DNA of 64,000 nt from Minisyncoccia bacterium (GTDB taxonomy: Bacteria; Patescibacteriota; Minisyncoccia; Phycocordibacterales; CAIZLB01), in contig JBGSHK010000012.1 in NCBI GenBank assembly GCA_041752275.1, positions 18,346 to 82,345 on the forward strand, written 5' to 3'. The position numbers were made by a program, and so were the translations under genes. The first letter of the stretch is position 1, and every line of letters starts with the position of its first letter. This document shows positions 49,125 to 59,066 of this stretch, piece after piece. The notes under the pieces were generated by a model. The model was given only the letters and a program-made list of their open reading frames with translations. It did not search any database and had not been told where the DNA came from.

Positions 49125-49676
49125 ATGTCATACAATTTTTCAAATTTTTCAAATAAGTCTAAATCAATAGAAACATGGTTACAAAATGAGTACCAAAACA
49201 TCAGAACTGGACGCGCATCAACGGCTTTTCTTGACCAGGTTCGTGTTGAATCTTACGGGGAAATGGTTCCTTTATCTAACGTCGCATCTATCGGTATAGA
49301 AGATGCAAAATGTATACGTGTATCACCTTGGGATTCTGGTCTTATAAAGGCAGTAGAAAAAGCAGTTATAGTAGCCGATCTTGGAGTATCAACATCAGTT
49401 GATGAAAAAGGTTTGCGTATTATTTTTCCAGACTTAACAGGGGAAAGAAGAATACAGTTAAACAAACAAGCAAAAGAAAAACTAGAGGAAGCAAAAGTCT
49501 CTCTAAGACAAGAAAGAAATGCTGTAAATGATGATATGAATACCCAAAAAAAAGATGGTTCCATGTCAGAAGATGAAGTTACAAGGGCAAAAAAAGAATT
49601 TGACAAACATATCGAAACAGCAACAGCTTCACTCGATGCATTATATACTAAAAAAGAAAAAGAAATATTAAACTAA
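49125..49676 (+). CDS. frr: Ribosome recycling factor
   Basis: IRTGRAS, V.SYG, PWD, FPDLTGERR, AKVSLR. Confidence 0.96.
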   Translation: MSYNFSNFSNKSKSIETWLQNEYQNIRTGRASTAFLDQVRVESYGEMVPLSNVASIGIEDAKCIRVSPWDSGLIKAVEKAVIVADLGVSTSVDEKGLRIIFPDLTGERRIQLNKQAKEKLEEAKVSLRQERNAVNDDMNTQKKDGSMSEDEVTRAKKEFDKHIETATASLDALYTKKEKEILN

Positions 49677-49677
49677 T

Positions 49678-50733
49678 ATGTTAACTGCAATTTTATTTTT
49701 ATTAATATTATCTATACTTGTTTTTGTTCATGAGTTAGGTCATTTTTTATTCGCTAAACTTTTTAAAGTTAGAGTAGATGAGTTTGCAATAGGTTTTCCT
49801 CCGAGAATATTTTCTTTTAAAAAAGGTGAAACAACATATGCTTTAAACGCATTGCCGCTTGGAGGTTATGTTAAAATACACGGTGAAAATCCAGAAGATG
49901 CAGACGATAAAGGGGATAAAAGAAATTTTCAAAATATAAACTGGATAAAACAAATCATCATACTTTCAGCGGGTGTTTTGTTTAATATATTATTTGCATG
50001 GTTTTTAATGTCAATTACTTTATTTGCAGGAACATCAAAACTGGCATTAGATGGTGTTAATGAAAAATACATAGAAGGAGAAAGACAAGTTTTAATACAT
50101 CAAACATTGAAAGATAGTCCGGCTGATATTGCGGGTATAAAGGCGGGAGATTATGTGTTGTCTGTAAACGGATCAAGTACAACGGATATAAAACAAGTAC
50201 AAGAAAGTATTAAAAATGCACCTGCAACTTTCGAGATAATTTTATCTAAAAATAATGCAACTTCAAGCATAAAAGTTGAAAAACTAGATAACAATACTAT
50301 AGGTGTTGGATTAGCTGAAACCGCCAAGGTTCGTATGGATGTATTGCCGAGTCTATATTATGGAGCGCAGGCAACTTACAACCTAACAGTGCAGATATTT
50401 ACAGGTGTTATAGATTTCTTTGGAAAATTGTTTATAGGTCAAGGGTCATGGGATGAAGTCTCTGGTCCTGTTGGTATAGCAAAAGTTGTCGGTACATCTT
50501 CAGAAGAAGGTTTTACTTCACTTTTGTTTGTAACTATACTTATATCTATATCTCTAGCAGCTATGAACATACTTCCTTTTCCAGCACTTGACGGAGGTCG
50601 TATAGTTATAGCATTTATAGAGGGTATTTTTAGACGAAAGTTGTCAATAAAGTTTGTTAACTCTTTAAATTCTATTGGTTTTATATTATTATTAACATTG
50701 ATGTTGATTGTGACAGTTAAAGATATTTTATAA
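49678..50733 (+). CDS. rseP: RseP-like site-2 metalloprotease (M50 plus PDZ)
   Basis: HELGH, FAIGF, PLGGYV, SPA..AGIKAGD, SGPVGI, NILPFPALDGG. Confidence 0.95.
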   Translation: MLTAILFLLILSILVFVHELGHFLFAKLFKVRVDEFAIGFPPRIFSFKKGETTYALNALPLGGYVKIHGENPEDADDKGDKRNFQNINWIKQIIILSAGVLFNILFAWFLMSITLFAGTSKLALDGVNEKYIEGERQVLIHQTLKDSPADIAGIKAGDYVLSVNGSSTTDIKQVQESIKNAPATFEIILSKNNATSSIKVEKLDNNTIGVGLAETAKVRMDVLPSLYYGAQATYNLTVQIFTGVIDFFGKLFIGQGSWDEVSGPVGIAKVVGTSSEEGFTSLLFVTILISISLAAMNILPFPALDGGRIVIAFIEGIFRRKLSIKFVNSLNSIGFILLLTLMLIVTVKDIL

Positions 50734-50736
50734 AAA

Positions 50737-52104
50737 ATGGATAATAACCCATACAATAATAACTATCATAAATATTTAGAAAATCTAAAATCTGATTTAG
50801 ATAAATCTAATTCTTTTGTAAATTCTGATTATAAAACAAATTCATATCAGACTGAAAATGAAAAAAATAAATCTAAAATAAGTTTAACTAGACTCAGTCT
50901 TTTTTCCATAGCTATAGTTGTTGTAGGCATATCAGTTATTTCTTTTGTAACACAAAGTACGCTTTTATTTTTTGATAATAATAAAACACAAAATAATAAT
51001 ATTGTTAAAAATACTCAAGATACAAAAACAGATCAAGAAAAACTAGACGAAGAATTAAAAAAGATATATGTAAGAGCTGATTTGAATAATGATATCTTTG
51101 GAAAAGATAATTTACCTTTAGCGACATCGACTGCAGACACAGAAAACAAAGAAGTTTTTGATATTACAAAATATTTTAATGTAAATATACCAGGTGTTGC
51201 ACGTATTGGATTTGATGAAAGATTTGGAAATGATTTTCTTACAGATAATATAAACAAGTATTCAGCCTCAACTCTAGTTATAGGTCAAAGGGATATACCT
51301 GATGAAAATGCACCTGGAGGAGCAGGTTATGACGAGACTTTAGAGGATAGATACGATATTTTTGAAAAAGCAGTTTTACCTATTTTAAGTTCTCGTGCAT
51401 ATCTTATGGCTGATTTAGGTACAGGGGAAATTATACTTGAAAAAAATTCAGACACGGTTTACCCTATAGCATCTGTTAGTAAACTTATGACAGCCGTTAT
51501 AGCAACTGAGAAAATGAATCTTAGTGACATTGCTATAGTTTCCAGTGATGCAACAAACGCATATGGTGGACAGGGTGGCTTAAGGCTTGGTGAGAAAATA
51601 ATACTTTCTGATCTAATATATCCACTTCTTATGGAATCATCAAATGATGCTGCTGAAGTTTTTGCTGATCATTATGGTAGGCAAAAGTTTATGGATGAGA
51701 TGAATAAAAAAGCTACTAGTATAGGTATGGAAAATACTTATTATAATGATCCTTCAGGACTTGATCCAAAAAATAGTTCCAATCCAAAAGATCTTTTAAA
51801 ACTTGTTAGATATATTTGGAAAAATGATCCAAGTATATTTGCCGCTACTCGGGTTAGACAGTTTTCTATAAAAGGTCATACATGGTCAAACAGAAATGCG
51901 CAACTTCCACTTGCAGGTTTTGTTGGAGGTAAAAATGGTTTTATAGATCAGGCTTTGCAAACTACGTCATCTATTTTTGAAATACCTACACTTAAAGGGG
52001 GCACAAGAAAAGTAGTTATAGTGATACTTAAAAGTAATGATAAAAATGGCGATGTTGTAAAATTGATAAATTTTCTTAAAAAGAGTGTGGTGTATACACC
52101 GTAG
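50737..52104 (+). CDS. D-alanyl-D-alanine carboxypeptidase (S11) with N-terminal anchor
   Basis: IASVSKLMT (SxxK), ESSNDAA (SxN), DPSGL, GGKNG. Confidence 0.88.
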   Translation: MDNNPYNNNYHKYLENLKSDLDKSNSFVNSDYKTNSYQTENEKNKSKISLTRLSLFSIAIVVVGISVISFVTQSTLLFFDNNKTQNNNIVKNTQDTKTDQEKLDEELKKIYVRADLNNDIFGKDNLPLATSTADTENKEVFDITKYFNVNIPGVARIGFDERFGNDFLTDNINKYSASTLVIGQRDIPDENAPGGAGYDETLEDRYDIFEKAVLPILSSRAYLMADLGTGEIILEKNSDTVYPIASVSKLMTAVIATEKMNLSDIAIVSSDATNAYGGQGGLRLGEKIILSDLIYPLLMESSNDAAEVFADHYGRQKFMDEMNKKATSIGMENTYYNDPSGLDPKNSSNPKDLLKLVRYIWKNDPSIFAATRVRQFSIKGHTWSNRNAQLPLAGFVGGKNGFIDQALQTTSSIFEIPTLKGGTRKVVIVILKSNDKNGDVVKLINFLKKSVVYTP

Positions 52105-52105
52105 C

Positions 52106-52194
52106 AAATTTATTTACTCCACTACGTTTCTGGTCCTCGGGGGTTTGTCTAGGACAAACACCTCTGCGGAGAAACTCGTTTCGTAAATAAATTT
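52106..52194. repeat. ~90-bp nested palindromic intergenic repeat, copy 2
   Basis: Terminal inverted repeat aaatttatttac/gtaaataaattt; same core as 48983-49073 with pairing-preserving changes. Confidence 0.85.
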
Positions 52195-52243
52195 AGTAGA
52201 CCTGTCAATGACCTATTTTGATTTATATGGTAAAATACACAAC

Positions 52244-54031
52244 ATGCAAGACGACCAAAAGAAACAAAATGACATAACCTATTTTGGTATAACCGATGCT
52301 CGTGGTAAACAGGTTAAGTTTGGCATACGTAAAGAAGACCGTCTTCGTCATATGTACGTTATAGGAAAGACTGGTATGGGAAAGTCTACCTTACTTGAAA
52401 ACATGGCCATACAAGACATACAAAACGGTGAAGGTATGGCATTTCTCGATCCTCACGGTAAAACTGCAGAGATGCTTTTAGAGTTTGTTCCGGAACATCG
52501 TGTGAAAGATGTAATATATTTCGCACCTTTTGATCTTGAAAACCCCGTAGCTTTGAATGTACTCGAAGATACAGCGCCAGGTGATGAGTCATCACAAAGT
52601 ATACGTTCACAGTTTATAGTATCAGGTTTGATGTCTACTTTTAAAAAAATATGGAAAGATCAATGGTCAGCTCGTATGGAGTATATACTTAACTATACTC
52701 TTTTAGCACTTTTGGAAATACCCGAAGCAACATTACTAGATGTAAACCGTATGTTGTCCGACAAGGCTTTCCGCAAGGATGTTGTGGAAAGACTTAAAGA
52801 GCCGACCGTGAAAGCTTATTGGGAAAAAGAGTTTGCATCCATGACTGATAAGATGGTAGCTGAAGCTGTACCTGCTATACAAAACAAAGTAGGTCAGTTT
52901 ATTTCAAATTCACTTATAAGAAATATTATTGGACAAACCAGATCATCTTTTGATTTTAGAAAAGCTATGGATGAAAAGAAAATAATTATTTTCAATCTTT
53001 CTATAGGGCGTATAGGTGAAGATGCTGTAAACTTGCTTGGATCACTTTTTGTAACAAAAATATATCTTGCCGCCATGAGTCGGGCTGACATGTCTGATCG
53101 TGAGATGCGTGACGTACCAAACTTTTATCTATATGTGGATGAGTTTCAAAACTTTATAAACGATTCATTTGCACAGATACTTTCTCAGGCTCGCAAATAC
53201 AAGCTTGGACTTATAGTCGCACATCAATACGTTAAACAAATGACAGAAATAGTTCACGACGCTATCTTCGGAAACGTGGGTACTATGATTGCATATCGCA
53301 TAGGTGCAGAAGATGCGGACGCGTTTGAAAAAGAGTTCAAGCCAACTTTTCTACCTGAAGATTTTACTAACATAGGACGTTTTCAAATGTATCTTAAGCT
53401 TATGATAGACGGCGTCACCTCCTCAGCTTTTTCCGCTACAGGTATGGGACCATGGCCAGAGCCTGAACAGAGTTTTGTGAAAGAGATTGTTGAGTCATCA
53501 CGTGCACTATACTCTCATCCACGAAAGGAAGTTGAAGCACATATACTCAAATGGACACTTGGTGGAGAGAAAGGGGGAAAGTCAGAAACTGAACAAAAAC
53601 AGAATCAAAATAATAACTCAACTCAAAGTCAAACAACGTCACCTCGTGCTAAAGTTTTTGAGTCTCGAGATATGCAAAATCAACAAAGACCTAGAACAGA
53701 AGTGAAAAGGGATATACCTAGAGATGATTTTCGTCCAAGAGATAACGCGAGAAATGATATTAGAACCGAAACAAGAGTTGATACAAGACCCGAGATAAGG
53801 TCACCAAAACCTCAACCTGTGCACAATCCATTCAAAATGGCCTTTAAAGAAATAGAACAAATAGCCGATAATGAAGTTGTTGATATAAATAAAAAAAATA
53901 CAGAACATGATGTCACAAAAGTTCCGGAAATCACATTTGAAGATATGAAGGTAAGTGTTGATAAACAAAAACTTACACGAAAAGAAATAGATGAAGATAC
54001 TCTTAAAAACGTTTTAGGTTTGAAGGAATAA
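52244..54031 (+). CDS. VirB4/TraD-like (type IV secretion coupling-type) ATPase
   Basis: RHMYVIGKTGMGKST, LDPHG, LYVDEFQNF, ARKYKL...AHQY..Q; low-complexity C-tail; start moved to MQDDQ. Confidence 0.85.
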   Translation: MQDDQKKQNDITYFGITDARGKQVKFGIRKEDRLRHMYVIGKTGMGKSTLLENMAIQDIQNGEGMAFLDPHGKTAEMLLEFVPEHRVKDVIYFAPFDLENPVALNVLEDTAPGDESSQSIRSQFIVSGLMSTFKKIWKDQWSARMEYILNYTLLALLEIPEATLLDVNRMLSDKAFRKDVVERLKEPTVKAYWEKEFASMTDKMVAEAVPAIQNKVGQFISNSLIRNIIGQTRSSFDFRKAMDEKKIIIFNLSIGRIGEDAVNLLGSLFVTKIYLAAMSRADMSDREMRDVPNFYLYVDEFQNFINDSFAQILSQARKYKLGLIVAHQYVKQMTEIVHDAIFGNVGTMIAYRIGAEDADAFEKEFKPTFLPEDFTNIGRFQMYLKLMIDGVTSSAFSATGMGPWPEPEQSFVKEIVESSRALYSHPRKEVEAHILKWTLGGEKGGKSETEQKQNQNNNSTQSQTTSPRAKVFESRDMQNQQRPRTEVKRDIPRDDFRPRDNARNDIRTETRVDTRPEIRSPKPQPVHNPFKMAFKEIEQIADNEVVDINKKNTEHDVTKVPEITFEDMKVSVDKQKLTRKEIDEDTLKNVLGLKE

Positions 54032-55082
54032 TTCTGTCAAGTGTGTTGTCAAGAAGTTTTCGTCCACGACGCTCAAAGACTTTATGTACAGCGAAAGAAA
54101 GTAATACTATAAACACCAGCATAAAAGTGAATGACAAATACAAAGGTATATTTTTTATATCTGCATAAGTAAAAAGTATGCGACCGATCTGATGATGTAG
54201 TAGATATACAGGGAAGGTTAACAGTCCAAGTATGTTTATGTATTTATTATTTGGAATAATAAACTTATTTAAAGATATTAGTAAAAATATCACATAAAAG
54301 ACAAGTATATATAAAGCTATAGTTGTAGAACTGAAAGGTATACCATAACCTTCACTTAGATAAGGTATACGTCTAAAGGTAAATATAAGTGCAACTATAA
54401 AAGTATTGCACAGTGCAAATATTCTCCAGTTGTTTAATCCTTTTTTATATATTTTATAGAAAATAATTCCGGCAACAAAATAAGGTATCCACATTATAGC
54501 TTCTTTATCAAAAATAGGTACAAACAACATTAAAACTGAAAGTATAATAGCCAGAGGTTCTATGTCTTTAAATTTTTTAAATAATAAAAGTATAAATATA
54601 ACTAAGTAAAACTTCATCTCAATAAACAGAGTCCAATAAGTTCCGTCCAACGCATCTGCATTGAAAAGTTCTGGCATCATAGTCATACTTGCCAAAAATC
54701 TTGTCCACGACATCTCTGAATATATAAGATGTCCTCCAAAGATCAGAAACAAACTTGTTATGATGGCTGATACCCAAAACACAGGGTATAAACGACCAAC
54801 ACGAGATTTGAAAAAAGCATATGCCCCACGTCCTTCGGCCGAAAGTGAGATCACGAAGCCTGATATGATGAAAAAAAGATCCACACCAAGATAGCCATAT
54901 TGAGAAAGTTGACGAAGCAGCGGTATGTCCACATAAGGAACATCTCTATAGTAAAAAGAGAAGGTATAATGATATATAACCACACCAAGTGCAGCTATGA
55001 AGCGAAGTGTGTTTATAGAGCCTATTTTAGCCGTTTGAGCAGGTGTCTGGTTGGGGTTCTGGGGTATATTTTCAACTGTCAT
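54003..55082 (-). CDS. Acyltransferase family 3 (OafA-like)
   Basis: LRFIAA..V..YH, GVDLFFIISGFVI, R.GRLYP, WTL.IE..FY, YLLH. Confidence 0.92.
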   Translation of the reverse strand: MTVENIPQNPNQTPAQTAKIGSINTLRFIAALGVVIYHYTFSFYYRDVPYVDIPLLRQLSQYGYLGVDLFFIISGFVISLSAEGRGAYAFFKSRVGRLYPVFWVSAIITSLFLIFGGHLIYSEMSWTRFLASMTMMPELFNADALDGTYWTLFIEMKFYLVIFILLLFKKFKDIEPLAIILSVLMLFVPIFDKEAIMWIPYFVAGIIFYKIYKKGLNNWRIFALCNTFIVALIFTFRRIPYLSEGYGIPFSSTTIALYILVFYVIFLLISLNKFIIPNNKYINILGLLTFPVYLLHHQIGRILFTYADIKNIPLYLSFTFMLVFIVLLSFAVHKVFERRGRKLLDNTLDRIIPSNLKRF

Positions 55083-55121
55083 ATAAACCTTAGATTAGCA
55101 GAAATATGAGGTGTAGTCTAT

Positions 55122-56189
55122 TTATAATCGCTTCAAAAAACCAGGTACTATTCTATCTATTTTATGATCAATGAATACACGACCGTGACGTTCAAATAAT
55201 TTGTGTATAATATATGACAGCACAAATAGTAAGAGTATTATAAAAACAAAGGAAATATAAAGTGGAATATTTTTTATATTTGCATATGTGAAAAGTATTC
55301 TGGCTATTTGTTGATGTAAAAGATAAAGAGGGTATGTTAATACACCGAGTATATTTACGTATTTATTATTTGGTATTTTAAACTTGTTCAAAGATATTAG
55401 TAAAAAAATTATAAAAAAAGAAAGTATATATAAAGTTATGGTTGTTGGGTTAAAGTCGGCGCCAGCGAAGTTCGCATTGTGATTGGGTATACGTGCTAGT
55501 GCAAAATATATAGAGATAAACAAGGTGTTACATAAACCAAATATTCTCCAAGGGGTTAAACCTTCTTTGTATACTTTATAAAATAATATGCCGGCTATAA
55601 AGTATGATGTCCATATAATAGGCATATCTGTAAAAAATATTCCTAAAGCGATAAAAACAGATGTAATTATGGAAAATAATTCTATTCTCTTAAATTGTTT
55701 AAAAATAAGTAATAGTAATATTATAAAATAAAATTTAATTTCAACTGCTAGTGTCCAGTATGAAGGATCAAGTAATGTATATGAACCAGGTATGATTTGA
55801 GGGACCATGGTTAAGTTTGCTAAAAACTTATTTAAACCAAGTGGTTGATTTATAATAGCACCACCAAAAACTAAGAACACACCTGTAACTACAGCTGATG
55901 CCCAGAAGACTGGATAAAGTCTACCTAGTCTGGACTTTAGAAAACTATAAGCATTTCGACTTTCTGCAGATAGTGAGATAACAAAACCTGATATTATAAA
56001 AAAAAGTTCAACTCCAAGATATCCGTATTTAAAAAGTTCACGAAGCACTGGTATATCAACCTGCGTAGTCTTCGCATAATAAAAAACAAAACAAAAATGA
56101 TAAAATAAAACAAACATACAAGCCGCGAAGCGCAATGCGTTTATCGATCCTATTTTCTGATTATTTGAAGCTGTGTTTTCTAGGGTCAT
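55122..56189 (-). CDS. Acyltransferase family 3 (OafA-like), tandem paralog
   Basis: GVELFFIISGFVI, RLGRLYP, WTLAVE, YPLYLLH. Confidence 0.92.
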   Translation of the reverse strand: MTLENTASNNQKIGSINALRFAACMFVLFYHFCFVFYYAKTTQVDIPVLRELFKYGYLGVELFFIISGFVISLSAESRNAYSFLKSRLGRLYPVFWASAVVTGVFLVFGGAIINQPLGLNKFLANLTMVPQIIPGSYTLLDPSYWTLAVEIKFYFIILLLLIFKQFKRIELFSIITSVFIALGIFFTDMPIIWTSYFIAGILFYKVYKEGLTPWRIFGLCNTLFISIYFALARIPNHNANFAGADFNPTTITLYILSFFIIFLLISLNKFKIPNNKYVNILGVLTYPLYLLHQQIARILFTYANIKNIPLYISFVFIILLLFVLSYIIHKLFERHGRVFIDHKIDRIVPGFLKRL

Positions 56190-56386
56190 GATACGAGTAT
56201 CTTTCTATTATAGCACAATGACACCTAGATAAAGTTTTTTGTAAGAAAAAAGATGTTTCGTATACGACGTATCTTTTGTATAAAGAGTATATAAAATAAG
56301 ATGAAAAATAGTTTTTTATTGACTTATGAAAATGATATTTTACTGTTCTAAAGAAATTTGACCAAAGATTATTTGCCTATATAATT

Positions 56387-56773
56387 ATGCATATGAATCA
56401 AGAAATGAAACACGCCTTCGAAGGTATAAAAACTCATATAGACACACAAATCTCTCATGTAAGGGAAGATATTGTTTCTCTGGAAAACCGTATGACAACT
56501 AAGATGGTTGAACTGGCTGATTTTATGATGGAATCTTTAGAAAATACTAAGGTTGAGTTAAGGGGTGAGATTAAGGAAAGTGCAAATACTTTACGTACAG
56601 AACTAAAAGGTGATATTTCTGATTTACGTACAGAACTAAAAGGTGATATTTTAGATACTAAAATAGAGCTTAAAAAAGAGATAGCTAGCTCTGCTTTTCT
56701 GATAAGAGAAAGTACGGTATCTAAACATGATTTTTCTTTATTAACAAAAAGAGTTGAAGTTTTGGAAGGATAG
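56387..56773 (+). CDS. Coiled-coil protein with 11-aa repeats (DUF1640-like)
   Basis: LRTELKGDI twice; 29-bp exact DNA repeat at 56590-56618 and 56623-56651 (33-nt period). Confidence 0.7.
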   Translation: MHMNQEMKHAFEGIKTHIDTQISHVREDIVSLENRMTTKMVELADFMMESLENTKVELRGEIKESANTLRTELKGDISDLRTELKGDILDTKIELKKEIASSAFLIRESTVSKHDFSLLTKRVEVLEG

Positions 56774-56774
56774 T

Positions 56775-57563
56775 TTATAGCTGTATCCAGTTTTTTGGCA
56801 AAATATCAAGTTCATTTGCACTTTTATCTTTAGTCCATTGTTTTGGAGTTATAACTATTTTACCATCTTTTTGATTTAGATAAGCACCCCACCATGAAAA
56901 AGTTGAGTTGGCGATAATGTTGTGTTTACATTGACTCATTAAAAACATTTCTTCAACTTCTGTTATGTTTTTGTCTGATACAAAAACAGTATTTCCAATG
57001 TTTAGATTTTTACGTACCCATTCTATATCATCGGAGAATATGAAAAAAAGGGGATTATTGATTTTTGATTTTATATAATGTTCAGCATGATAATAATATT
57101 CTAAATCACAAAGTTGATGATGTTTATTGTTTACATAATCACCACGGCGTATGTGTAGTGATACAGAGTTTGTTTGAAGTTTTATGTTGTTGACTATGTT
57201 CTGTGTTTGAGTTGATAGAGGGTTTTTGAGGGTTAGTTCTTGTAGGATTGTGTCTTTTATTTCGGCGAAGTATTTTTCAGATTGAAAAAGGGGATAGTTG
57301 CCTGTGATTTTTGAGATTACTTTTTTGAAAAATTTTGTTATACGGTTTTTTGGGTTTGGTGAAAATTTTGCTTCAGGATTTATATTAAATCGGTCCAAGA
57401 GAAAAGGGCGGGGTGTATCTTTTTTTGAACGAGAGTTGATGAAAAATGAAGTATCGAAAACAACTTCTTTTTTGTCTATGATTTCTAGCTTTCGACCATG
57501 GACGTATTGGAAAAGTTGATTGCCGAGGCCGCCGGTTATGGGGATTACTGTTGGGTTAGACAT
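56775..57563 (-). CDS. Alpha-1,2-fucosyltransferase (GT11)
   Basis: GGLGNQLFQY, FQSEKYF, SLHIRRGDY, FSDDIEW, IIANSTFSWWGAYL. Confidence 0.93.
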   Translation of the reverse strand: MSNPTVIPITGGLGNQLFQYVHGRKLEIIDKKEVVFDTSFFINSRSKKDTPRPFLLDRFNINPEAKFSPNPKNRITKFFKKVISKITGNYPLFQSEKYFAEIKDTILQELTLKNPLSTQTQNIVNNIKLQTNSVSLHIRRGDYVNNKHHQLCDLEYYYHAEHYIKSKINNPLFFIFSDDIEWVRKNLNIGNTVFVSDKNITEVEEMFLMSQCKHNIIANSTFSWWGAYLNQKDGKIVITPKQWTKDKSANELDILPKNWIQL

Positions 57564-58320
57564 TGGATTTTATATTTCTTAATTTGTTTATAATCTTAGC
57601 TAATGTGTAAAAACTGTATTGGTTTTTATATCGCTCTATAATAAGTTTTTGTGTATCTTGCCCTATTTTTATTTTCTCTGCATTACTTTGATTGTTATGT
57701 CTTCTGTAGGCTGTGGTGTTCTGGTATAGGTTTGCGAACTTATATTTGATACCTATTTTAAGCCATAGATCATAATCTTCCCATATAGGTAAGGATTCAT
57801 CATATGAACCAAGGTCTATGATTTCTTGTTTTTTGTACATAACAGAGGAGTGGCAGAAAAAGTTTTTTAAAAGGAGGAGTTTTTTTATACCGAAATTATT
57901 TGAAAGATATTTTATTTTTTTGAGAATGTTGTTGCTTTCATCCACCACAGTCATGTTTGTGCCTATGAGTGTGTAGTCAGGGTTTGTATCTAAAAACTCT
58001 TTTTGAAGTGCAAGTTTATTGTTATCAGTCCAATAATCATCACTATCGAGTACTGCAATGTATTTGCCGTTTGATAGGCTCAGGGCTTTGTTTCGGTTTT
58101 TTGTTATGCCGAGATTTGTTTTGTTCTGTATGTATTTTACGCGAGGGTCAGTTAGGTATGGTTGCAGTATTTGTTCTGTGTTGTCAGTTGAAGTATCATC
58201 CAGTATCAGTAGTTCAAAGTCTGTAAAAGTTTGAGATAGAACAGAGTCTATAGCCTGAGCTATGTAATGAGCACGATTGTAGGTACACATATGTATGGTT
58301 AGGGTGGGGATGTTGTTCAT
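57556..58320 (-). CDS. Glycosyltransferase family 2
   Basis: TYNR..YI..AIDSVL.Q, DDTSTD, LDSDD, EDYDLW. Confidence 0.93.
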   Translation of the reverse strand: MNNIPTLTIHMCTYNRAHYIAQAIDSVLSQTFTDFELLILDDTSTDNTEQILQPYLTDPRVKYIQNKTNLGITKNRNKALSLSNGKYIAVLDSDDYWTDNNKLALQKEFLDTNPDYTLIGTNMTVVDESNNILKKIKYLSNNFGIKKLLLLKNFFCHSSVMYKKQEIIDLGSYDESLPIWEDYDLWLKIGIKYKFANLYQNTTAYRRHNNQSNAEKIKIGQDTQKLIIERYKNQYSFYTLAKIINKLRNIKSNV

Positions 58321-58334
58321 ACTCTTATTCTAAT

Positions 58335-59066
58335 CTATTTTTTGATAAACCAAAAACATCCACAGCTGTATTTTTCATCTTTCACAAGATTAGGATCTGC
58401 GTTTATTATTATTCCTCCTTTGCTTGAGTGTTCGGGTATGAGTGAAAATTCTTTCAATTCAAAACCTTCGAAATATGAAATGATTTGCTCATGTGAATAT
58501 ATACGATGTGCATTAAACTCAATCTTTGGCTGTCCTACAGGTGTTACGAACAAAATGTTTCCACCAGGATGTACAACTCTTTTAAGTTCGTCTATGGCTT
58601 TAATATCACCTTCAGGATCTATAGGGTCACCATATCTTCCAAGTCCAACATGTTCTATTGTATGCATACAAGATATTGATTTTACACTATTGGTTTCAAA
58701 AGGGAGAGAGTGTAGATTTCCTTCTAAACTTTTAAGTCCAGAGAGATGTAGGTCTGCAGGTCTATAGTCATAAAAATCAACATCAGTAAAGGCAGAGACT
58801 ATTCCACAAAAATACAGACTCGAGGATATATCTACATGTTTGATAGAATTCATTTCTTTTACTTTTCTTGCGGCCCAAGATGTGTGATAAACATAGTGAC
58901 GGTCAAATCCAGTTTTAATGGTTTTATCTTTTACCTGAGGGTAAAAATCTTTAAAGTTTATGGAAAATCTATTATTTTTGTTAGATGATTTTTTAAATGC
59001 AAAATAATCTTTCAGAATGAAAGGGTATAGGGTTATTCGGATGAGTTTTTTAATGAAGTTTTTCAT
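58335..59066 (-). CDS. DUF268-like methyltransferase-fold protein
   Basis: HVDISS, SCMHTIEHVGLGRYGDPIDP, FNAHRIY. Confidence 0.85.
   Translation of the reverse strand: MKNFIKKLIRITLYPFILKDYFAFKKSSNKNNRFSINFKDFYPQVKDKTIKTGFDRHYVYHTSWAARKVKEMNSIKHVDISSSLYFCGIVSAFTDVDFYDYRPADLHLSGLKSLEGNLHSLPFETNSVKSISCMHTIEHVGLGRYGDPIDPEGDIKAIDELKRVVHPGGNILFVTPVGQPKIEFNAHRIYSHEQIISYFEGFELKEFSLIPEHSSKGGIIINADPNLVKDEKYSCGCFWFIKK

Noticed and set aside
52244-54031. VirB4/TraD-like ATPase as evidence of a conjugative element
   Set aside because: No relaxase, mating-pair genes or att sites nearby; it sits among housekeeping genes
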